Positions 20,241 through 27,454 of a DNA stretch of 49,852 nucleotides are shown in pieces. Each line of letters opens with the position of its first letter. The first letter of the stretch is position 1. Origin of the DNA: an uncultured Ruminococcus sp. (GTDB taxonomy: Bacteria; Bacillota; Clostridia; Oscillospirales; CAG-272); the NCBI GenBank assembly GCA_964438725.1, contig CAYTLG010000001.1, positions 1-49,852 on the forward strand. The letters are read 5' to 3'. Both the position numbers and the translations under genes were made by a program. The notes under the pieces were generated by a model. That model was not told the origin of the DNA. It searched no databases and saw only the letters and a program-made list of their open reading frames with translations.

Positions 20241-20251
20241 TGTTTTCCTCC

Positions 20252-21124
20252 TTAGTCTTTCATACCGCTCGAACCCATTGTTTCAATGATGTTAGACTGA
20301 GATACAACGAATACGAGGATCGGTACTATCATCATTACAACGGTCGATGCAGCTGTCGCACCTGCACGGGCAACGCCGCCGGCTGTGATCTGGCTGATTG
20401 CATAGTTAAGAGTCTTGAGCTGTTCGGAATAAATGAACGAGGACTGACCGGAGTTCCACAGACCCTGGAAGGAGTACACGATAAGTGTGAGCCAACCGGG
20501 CTTAACCATAGGCATTGCGATCGACCAGAATGTTCTGAGTTCGGACGCACCGTCAAGTCTTGCGGATTCAAGTACTTCAGTAGATACGTTTGATTCCATG
20601 AACTGCTTCATGAGGTAAAGACCGAGAGTGGAACACCACGCAGGTACGATTACGGCGAGATATGTATCGATCCAGCCGATCATAGAGAGTGTGATGAAGT
20701 TTACGATACCGGTTACGGTTGCTGTAAACATAAGGGACTTCTGAATAATCCAGAAGAAGCCTTTTGCTCCGGGGAAGTCGATCTTTGCGAGTGCGTACGC
20801 ACAAATGGATGCGAGAACGAGGTTACCGAATGTACCGCCAACGGAAATGAGGACGGTATTGAAGATATATCTTGAGAACGGTACCCATGAGTCAGACATC
20901 AAGTTGAAGAGGTCTGAGAAGTTTGTAAGGGTCGGGTTTACAACATAGAAACGGGGCGGGAAGTAGAACAGCTCGTTCAGGGGTTTAAGTGCCTGAATGA
21001 TGGTGTAATACATCGGCAGGAACATGAATATACCGAATATGGTGAGGATTACTGTGATACCGACGTCACCGCCGACCGATCTGTTAAGAACGACCTGATG
21101 TTTTCTTGTTCTTAATTTTTTCAT
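20252..21124 (-). CDS. carbohydrate ABC transporter permease (MalG-like)
   Basis: 290 aa. The EAA loop reads EVLESARLDGASELRTFWSIAMP. A TAATG stop/start overlap with the upstream permease lies at 21122-21126. Confidence 0.88.
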   Translation of the reverse strand: MKKLRTRKHQVVLNRSVGGDVGITVILTIFGIFMFLPMYYTIIQALKPLNELFYFPPRFYVVNPTLTNFSDLFNLMSDSWVPFSRYIFNTVLISVGGTFGNLVLASICAYALAKIDFPGAKGFFWIIQKSLMFTATVTGIVNFITLSMIGWIDTYLAVIVPAWCSTLGLYLMKQFMESNVSTEVLESARLDGASELRTFWSIAMPMVKPGWLTLIVYSFQGLWNSGQSSFIYSEQLKTLNYAISQITAGGVARAGATAASTVVMMIVPILVFVVSQSNIIETMGSSGMKD

Positions 21125-22068
21125 TACTGACCCACCTTTGATATAAGTTTCGTTACGAGGACGTTAGATCCAATCATCATAAGGAAGAGGATGAAGGAAA
21201 TCGCAGATGCGTAACCGACTTCCCAACGGTTATTCTGATACTCTTCAAGATGGTGAGTAAGTGTATAACCAACGTAGTCTGTCGGGGGGTTACCTGCAAG
21301 GGCTGTAACGATACCGCCGAATCCGAATGAACCTGTGATTGCGAGAATAGCACCGAACATCAACTGCGGCTTCATGGAAGGCAGTGTGATGTACCAGAGC
21401 TCCTGCCATCTGTTCTTGATACCATCGATAGAACCTGCTTCGAAGAGGCTTCGGTTGATACCCTGAAGACCTGCGATGAAGGAAAGGAAGGATGTACCAA
21501 GTGATGTCCAAAGAGCAACTACGATACAGAGCGGCATGATGTAAGAGGCATTCTGGAAGAACTTGATAGGTGAGTCGATGACACCCATATCAATGAGAAG
21601 ACCGTTTACGATACCGTACTGGTCGGATGAGAAGAGGTATGTCCAGATGAGGTATACGTTACCTGCAATGGACGGTGCGTAGAAGATAAGTGTTACGAAT
21701 GCACGGATCTTCGGGCTAAGCTCGTTAATGAACCATGCAACGATGAACGAGATAATGTAGGATGCGGGACCTGTTACCGCTGCGAAGATAAGAGTGTTCT
21801 TGAGAGCGGTAATGAAGAGGTCGTCGTCGAGGAACAGCGTGATGTAGTTATCCATGAAGACGAACTTCGGGAATTCAAGCATGTTGAACGACGTTAAGCT
21901 GAGAACCAGCGAAAGTGCGACCGGAATGATCGTGAAGATGAAGAAGAGGATCATAAACGGAGCTATCATGAAATACGCCGTTTTATTTCTCTTCACGAGG
22001 AACCATGTCCACTCTGCTTTAGTCATTTCTCTACGTGTCTTGACTTGTTTTTCAGTGTTGTTTGACAT
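21124..22068 (-). CDS. sugar ABC transporter permease (MalF-like)
   Basis: 314 aa. The EAA loop reads NRSLFEAGSIDGIKNRWQELWYITLP. Confidence 0.88.
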   Translation of the reverse strand: MSNNTEKQVKTRREMTKAEWTWFLVKRNKTAYFMIAPFMILFFIFTIIPVALSLVLSLTSFNMLEFPKFVFMDNYITLFLDDDLFITALKNTLIFAAVTGPASYIISFIVAWFINELSPKIRAFVTLIFYAPSIAGNVYLIWTYLFSSDQYGIVNGLLIDMGVIDSPIKFFQNASYIMPLCIVVALWTSLGTSFLSFIAGLQGINRSLFEAGSIDGIKNRWQELWYITLPSMKPQLMFGAILAITGSFGFGGIVTALAGNPPTDYVGYTLTHHLEEYQNNRWEVGYASAISFILFLMMIGSNVLVTKLISKVGQ

Positions 22069-22133
22069 GAACTCTCTCCTTTGTCAGAATTTTTTGTTTC
22101 AGTCAGTTTTTTCTACCTTAATATATACTGAAA

Positions 22134-25100
22134 TTAATCAAGGTAGGATTCAAGAGCGTTTGCTGCGTCGGTGAGGTAGGACGAAAGCTGTGCCATAGTT
22201 GTATCGGATGTGTTAAGTCCGGACGCTGCACTTCTCAGCTCTTCGATGTTTTCGTTTTCGATAGCTGTGATAACATTCGCAAGGGATGTCTTCTGTGCGT
22301 CGTCAAGCTCGTCTATAAGCTCTGTTGCCTGACCGAGACGTTTAGATGCGAGAGTCTGACCGATTTCAAGAGTTTCAAGGTCGAACTCAGTTCTCTTTCT
22401 GATGATTTCCTTATTAATAGTGTTGATATATCCGAGGAGTGAATCAACGGGGTCTGCCTTATTGTTATATGCGTTGAGGAATGCGAAGCTTGTGTAACGA
22501 CCGAGGATGTAAGAGCCGGGGTAGTTTGTGATAGCGGAGGTGTTATCCATCTGCTTCATAAGCTGGCTGTATTCTCTGGAGGTCCAGGGAAGTTCTTCGA
22601 GGGCTTCCATGTTAGCTGTTGCATTCTTAGCTGCGGGACCGAGGATAGCAACAAGTTCGTTGGAGTAGTCTACCTGGAACTTGGAGTCTGTGTACCACTT
22701 GAGGAATTCCCAAGAGGATGCGATATCCTTAGCACCTGCCATGATAACGAGAGCGGATGTACCGGACATTGTTGTGTTGTTTACGGTACCGTCGGCCTGA
22801 ATTGTTCCGGGAACAGGACCGAATTCCCAAAGACCTGCGATTTCTGTTGCGAAGATTACGATGTTGTTATATGCTGTATAGTTCTGGATTGCTATCGGCA
22901 TTTCACCTGTTCTGAAACGGTTGGCGAAGTCGTAGTCAACGGAGAGAGAATACTGAGTAAACATATTACACATCTTCTCGAACGCTTCAAGAGACTTGTT
23001 GGAGTCGAGGTTGATTCTCATACCATCGTCAGCCCAAAGTTCTTCACCCATCTGGTACATGAATGTCTGGTAGTTCTGAGTCATACCGATTTCCATGTTA
23101 TTGAACTGAAGGATAGGAATGAGGGCGAGGAGGTCATCCCATGTTTCGGGAACGTCAACTCCAAGCTCGGAGAGGATATCTGTACGGTAGAACATCATAT
23201 CCCATGACTGTGTGTCGGGGAGAGCGTATGTCTTGCCGTAGAGTTCAAGGGGAATCATTGCAGCATCTGTGAATCTTGAGGTTACTTCGTGGTAGTCGGA
23301 GAATATCTCACGCATCTTTGCGTTGTACTCAAGAGCTTCAGCGTCGTCATCAGCGGAGTCTTCATATGCTTCGGGGTTGATGGCGATAACTGCGGAACGG
23401 ATAGCGTACTGAATCGGGTCAACGCCTGTACCGGGAAGAGCTACTTCAGGACCAACACCTGCAAGAACGGAGGGGAGGAGTGTACCGCCCGCAACGAGCT
23501 TAAGTGTAGCATTGATGCCGGACTTAGGAGCGAAGTCGTTATCCATGAGGTTACGGATGATCTGAGCCTGGTCACGACCGGTTGTTACCCATACTTCAAT
23601 GGATCTATCGGATTCGTTTTCGCTTGAAGAACCACCGAGTGAGTTATAGTCGGTGTAGAAGGAAGCTACGAACTGTCTCAGCTCATACCAGAGAGACTGG
23701 AAGAAGTTTCCGTCTGCCTTGGGCTTAGATGCGGATGCGGGCTGAACATTGATGTAGTCTATCTCAAGGGGCTGGTTCTTTGTACTTGCAACCCAGTCAC
23801 CGAGTGTACTTACCTGGTTTTTAAGGTTTGAGAGGTTCTTTGCGATTTCGTCCTCGTCTGTACCCATGAGACGGCAGTAGCGAGCTGCTGTTTCAAGTGT
23901 AGCGGAGTTCTGGGACTTTACGTTAGCCATGCCTTCGATATAGTCAACGATGTCCATGAGCTTATTAGCCTGAACAACGAGGTCTTCTACAACGTCGGGA
24001 AGAACTCGACCGAAACCGTAGTCACGGTATTTGTCGGGGGAAGGACCTGTGAGCTTGAGGATTTCGAGGTAGTCGTTGTTGATTGAATCGACTATTTCGG
24101 AAACCTGACGTACTACGGTACCCATTTCACCGAGAGTTACTTCAAATTTAATTGTATAATGGCCGGGTTCAAAGTAGAACTGGAATGTATCGGCGCCGTT
24201 TCCGATAGCTTCTACCTGCCAGCTTGTATCGTAATTGAATTTAGCGTAGTTCGCTTCTTCAAACGGAACTTCGTCGTTGATGTATATTCTACGGGAGGTA
24301 TACATACCGGCCTGTTCGTTCTGTCTGTAACGCATTACGATCTCGTAAAGACCTGCGGTTTCAACGTCAAATTCATATTCGATCCACTGACCAACAGTCT
24401 GCCATTTTTCGCTACCTATTGTATTCAGTCTGATCTTAGCGGGGTCCTGCGGCTCTGTAATCGCTGACTTACGGTCATAAATCGGATATACAGTATAGTC
24501 GGAGGTTGCGGAAGGTGTTTCACCGTCGATATGTATTACGGAAGTCGTACTAGCTTCGGACTTACCTGCAATATATTCTTCGTAGGAGATTTTGTCTTCG
24601 TAGGGGAAAACTGAAATCTCATTTATTACCATAGATTCACGGACACCTTCGAGTGTAATTACGTTTTCGCCTGCTTCGAGATAGAACTCAAAGGGGTTAG
24701 CGTAATAACCGTTGGAGTCGATGAAAGTATATTCCTTCCATTCTTTCTGAACGTAAGATGTGGGACGGAGTTCATTTCCGTTAGCATCCATCTCAAATCT
24801 GCCGTCGATGTAATTATTCTTCCACGTTTTCTTCATAAGAAGGTAACGTGCTTCGCTGAACGGAACCTCACCGTTGATGTAAAGCACACGTTCAATAGAG
24901 TTTGTCTTGTCTGTAACAGAGCAATACGTGATCTTTATTGCATAAAGACCTGCTTTAGGTACATTTACGGTCCATGACACCTTACCTGCGTCGCTAACGA
25001 GGAGTGACTGACCGCTCTTACCTTCATAATCGTTCTCTACGGATACTTCAGCTGTGGTTTCATCTGCGAGATAATCTACAGCCTTAACAGTAACGGCACC

Positions 25101-25304
25101 AGTTCCGCGAACGGCACCCTCATGTTTTGTGACGTATTCTTCGTATGAGATAGATTTAAAGGTTTCGCTGATTTCCTGGAGAGTCGTTTTCACATCGATT
25201 TTCTCGGCCGCTTCATCCGCAAAAATGGGAGACACGAGAGCTGATGTTGTCATAAGAACCGACAGAGCCAGGCTAAGCAGCTTTTTGCTTGTGGTTTTTC
25301 TCAT
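22134..25304 (-). CDS. giant extracellular solute-binding protein with two N-terminal CBM-like modules
   Basis: The start is set at ATG 25304 (MRKTTSKKLL) after AGGAGGA; the tracked MQEEGS extension lacks an RBS. There is a signal peptide with no lipobox Cys. Duplicated beta-sandwich modules span ORF-track aa 58-243 and 244-397. A family-1 SBP-like region follows, then a helical tail. Confidence 0.85.
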   Translation of the reverse strand: MRKTTSKKLLSLALSVLMTTSALVSPIFADEAAEKIDVKTTLQEISETFKSISYEEYVTKHEGAVRGTGAVTVKAVDYLADETTAEVSVENDYEGKSGQSLLVSDAGKVSWTVNVPKAGLYAIKITYCSVTDKTNSIERVLYINGEVPFSEARYLLMKKTWKNNYIDGRFEMDANGNELRPTSYVQKEWKEYTFIDSNGYYANPFEFYLEAGENVITLEGVRESMVINEISVFPYEDKISYEEYIAGKSEASTTSVIHIDGETPSATSDYTVYPIYDRKSAITEPQDPAKIRLNTIGSEKWQTVGQWIEYEFDVETAGLYEIVMRYRQNEQAGMYTSRRIYINDEVPFEEANYAKFNYDTSWQVEAIGNGADTFQFYFEPGHYTIKFEVTLGEMGTVVRQVSEIVDSINNDYLEILKLTGPSPDKYRDYGFGRVLPDVVEDLVVQANKLMDIVDYIEGMANVKSQNSATLETAARYCRLMGTDEDEIAKNLSNLKNQVSTLGDWVASTKNQPLEIDYINVQPASASKPKADGNFFQSLWYELRQFVASFYTDYNSLGGSSSENESDRSIEVWVTTGRDQAQIIRNLMDNDFAPKSGINATLKLVAGGTLLPSVLAGVGPEVALPGTGVDPIQYAIRSAVIAINPEAYEDSADDDAEALEYNAKMREIFSDYHEVTSRFTDAAMIPLELYGKTYALPDTQSWDMMFYRTDILSELGVDVPETWDDLLALIPILQFNNMEIGMTQNYQTFMYQMGEELWADDGMRINLDSNKSLEAFEKMCNMFTQYSLSVDYDFANRFRTGEMPIAIQNYTAYNNIVIFATEIAGLWEFGPVPGTIQADGTVNNTTMSGTSALVIMAGAKDIASSWEFLKWYTDSKFQVDYSNELVAILGPAAKNATANMEALEELPWTSREYSQLMKQMDNTSAITNYPGSYILGRYTSFAFLNAYNNKADPVDSLLGYINTINKEIIRKRTEFDLETLEIGQTLASKRLGQATELIDELDDAQKTSLANVITAIENENIEELRSAASGLNTSDTTMAQLSSYLTDAANALESYLD

Positions 25305-25491
25305 AGAACCTTCCTCCTGCAAATTTTTGAGTGACCCCGATGACCGCCGGAACCACTCCTACGCCGCCCTATCCACAGTCGATAAAGCGGTTAATTATAA
25401 TGAAGGTTTTTTTATCGCAAACGGCATCTGAGACAAAAAAAGACCTTCCGGGAGTACACAAACGCACTTATCCCGATAATTATATGACATT

Positions 25492-25520
25492 ATAATAGCA
25501 TAATGCCACAAAAATGTCAA
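25492..25520 (-). promoter_or_regulatory. sigma-A type promoter of the seven-gene ABC operon
   Basis: On the minus strand: TTGACA (25520-25515), 17-nt spacer, TATTAT (25497-25492). The predicted 5' UTR is about 185 nt. Confidence 0.65.
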
Positions 25521-25975
25521 GCGTTCATCGTCGGTGGTAATGCACCTTTTACGACCATTTGATTGGAAAAAGAGCTGATTTTTCTTTTTCTGTTGAAGTT
25601 TATTTCATTCCGATTTATGTGGCTTTGATGTGACAGCGAGGAAAAGCGTAAACTCATGTAAGTAATTTTTACTGTTTATGTTTATTTTTTATTGTTTTGT
25701 GCGGTTTTAAGGTTGATTTTTTATTATTGAAATGGCGTGATTATTAACAAAAGGTGATGTTGTAAATTTTATTTACCGTTACAAACGTCATTGATAAAAG
25801 TTGGGAGTGACGGCAAAGTGACGGTGCGGGGGATTGATATGTGAAACTTGCACAAAAATTGAGGTCATTTTTCTACGCTTATACACAATGCACAAATTTT
25901 CAAGAAAACTGGAATTTCGTGAACAAAAGTGGTAAAATACTGGGAAATTTGCGGTTACCTCTATTGGGTCACCCT

Positions 25976-26028
25976 GACTTTGGGATTGGCTAAAGAGGTT
26001 TAGGGATTCGTTTAGCAAAACTCCATTG
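25976..26028 (+). repeat. intergenic repeat family, copy A (degenerate left-arm fragment, core missing)
   Basis: GACTTTGGGATTGGCTAAAGAGGTTTAGGGATTCGTTTAGCAAAACTCCATTGC aligns to the left arms of copies C, D and E but lacks TCAGCTTCAGGTGAA. Confidence 0.5.
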
Positions 26029-26060
26029 CTATAAAAGAACGAACAAATTGAAAGAATAAT

Positions 26061-26097
26061 AAAAAAGCAGAAGCTCTCCAAGAACCTCTGCTTTTTT
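26061..26097. terminator. intrinsic terminator downstream of the dehydratase-like gene (usable on both strands)
   Basis: GCAGAAG (26067-26073) pairs with CCTCTGC (26085-26091), with one mismatch. An A-run precedes it and a T-run follows. Confidence 0.6.
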
Positions 26098-26104
26098 GAT
26101 ATTT

Positions 26105-27352
26105 TCACGAAAACAGCTTCTCCCTCGCCGACGCAAGCATCAACTTCAACCTGTTCTCCTGGTTTACCGCAGATGCACCCGGGTCGTAGTCTATTGCTAC
26201 TATGTTCGCATCGGGATTTGCTTCCTTTATCGGCTTCATCATGCCCTTTCCACATATATGGTTCGGCAAACATCCAAACGGCTGAGTACATACAATGTTC
26301 GGTACTCCGGAATCTGCAAGCTCAAGCATCTCCGCAACAAGAAGCCATCCCTCTCCCATCTTCGTTCCGTAGCCTATGTAGTCCTTCGCAAGCTCAATGG
26401 TATGCTTGAACGGTGTAGCAGGTCTGAATGTTCCCTCTTTTTCAACCGCCTTTATCTGCTCTGCCTGTCTTGCACAGATGAAGTCAAGTCCTATCTTGTT
26501 TATCACGTGGGCAGCCTTGCCGTGACCGTAGAGCTTGTAGTCCATTACTCCGTTGTAGAAGCAGTAGTTGAAGAAGTCCGCAAGTCCGGGCATTACTACT
26601 TCCGCTCCCTCACGTACAAGGAACGACTCAAGCTGGTTGTTCCCGAGTGGTGAGAACTTGACGTAAATCTCGCCGACGATACCGACCTTGACCGCCTTAC
26701 GCTTTTCAACGGGGATAGCGGCAAAATCCTTGATTATGGCATCGTAGTTTTTTCTTACCTTTGAGTTTGAGATATGCTTATGTGTCAGCTCATCTACAAG
26801 GCGATCCGTCCACTTTTGACAGAGTGCATCTGCGTCGCCCTTGGTTTTCTCGTACGGGCGAACCTGATTTGCAAGAGACATCATGAGGTCACCGTAGAGA
26901 ACGCCGTACACCATTTTGTAGTAAAGTCCGAGTGAGTTTTTGAAGCCGGGATGGCTTTCGATTCCCGCAAGGCTGAGAGGCACTACGGGTACATACTCCA
27001 TACCGGCAGCTTTAAGTGCTTTTCTCATAAGTGAGACATAGTTTGAGGCACGGCAGCCACCGCCTGTTTGGAAGAGCATTACTGCTGTTTTATGTGGGTC
27101 ATACTTACCCGACATAAGTGCATCGAGGAGCTGACCTATAACCAGCACTGCGGGGTAACAGGTATCATTATGGACATATTTCAGTCCTGTTTCTGCAATC
27201 TGAGGTCCTGTTGTACGAAGAAGCTCCATTTTATATCCGTTAGTCTCGAATATTTGCTTCACAAGTGTAAAGTGGATAGGAAGCATATTCGGAATGAGGA
27301 TAGTATGGGTCTTTTTCATTTCCTCAGTGAATTTGACATAGTTTGTATTCAT
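26105..27352 (-). CDS. 2-hydroxyacyl-CoA dehydratase family protein (HgdA/B-like; DCCP-like)
   Basis: 415 aa. Cys motifs HNDTCYPAV, GGGCRASNY and CTQPFGCLPNH are characteristic of the family. It is paralogous to the C-terminal third of the upstream 998-aa protein. Confidence 0.8.
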   Translation of the reverse strand: MNTNYVKFTEEMKKTHTILIPNMLPIHFTLVKQIFETNGYKMELLRTTGPQIAETGLKYVHNDTCYPAVLVIGQLLDALMSGKYDPHKTAVMLFQTGGGCRASNYVSLMRKALKAAGMEYVPVVPLSLAGIESHPGFKNSLGLYYKMVYGVLYGDLMMSLANQVRPYEKTKGDADALCQKWTDRLVDELTHKHISNSKVRKNYDAIIKDFAAIPVEKRKAVKVGIVGEIYVKFSPLGNNQLESFLVREGAEVVMPGLADFFNYCFYNGVMDYKLYGHGKAAHVINKIGLDFICARQAEQIKAVEKEGTFRPATPFKHTIELAKDYIGYGTKMGEGWLLVAEMLELADSGVPNIVCTQPFGCLPNHICGKGMMKPIKEANPDANIVAIDYDPGASAVNQENRLKLMLASAREKLFS

Positions 27353-27398
27353 TTTGATTTTCTAAAATTATTTCTTTAATATACTTTATTTTTATAGT

Positions 27399-27454
27399 GA
27401 TTTGGGATTCCTAACACATTTTGGAAAACTAAAGTCCCCCTCAGCTTCAGGTGA
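27399..27454 (+). repeat. intergenic repeat family, copy B (right arm truncated at the stop codon of the upstream gene)
   Basis: GATTTGGGATTCCTAACACATTTTGGAAAACTAAAGTCCCCCTCAGCTTCAGGTGA. The core matches 14/15 at 27441-27455 and abuts the TAA (27455-27457) of the activase gene. Confidence 0.8.

Noticed and set aside
25305-25322. N-terminal extensions proposed by the ORF track (MQEEGS here; also 5072-5152, 33172-33228, 43773-43790, 46345-46458 and 46703-46801)
   Set aside because: In each case an internal ATG has a proper Shine-Dalgarno sequence and a sensible N-terminus (signal peptide, Rossmann start and so on). The extensions overlap a neighbouring gene, a promoter, parS or repeat-derived leader.
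25369-25377. Single DnaA-box-like CTATCCACA in the ABC operon 5' UTR (and TTATCCATA at 49838-49846)
   Set aside because: Isolated 8/9 matches are expected by chance in 50 kb. Only the cluster at 928-1038 is reported.
25788-26291. 167-aa minus-strand ORF reaching from the dehydratase-like gene into the AT-rich spacer
   Set aside because: It overlaps the 3' end of the real gene in another frame and runs through that gene's terminator hairpin. It has no RBS and no recognisable domain.
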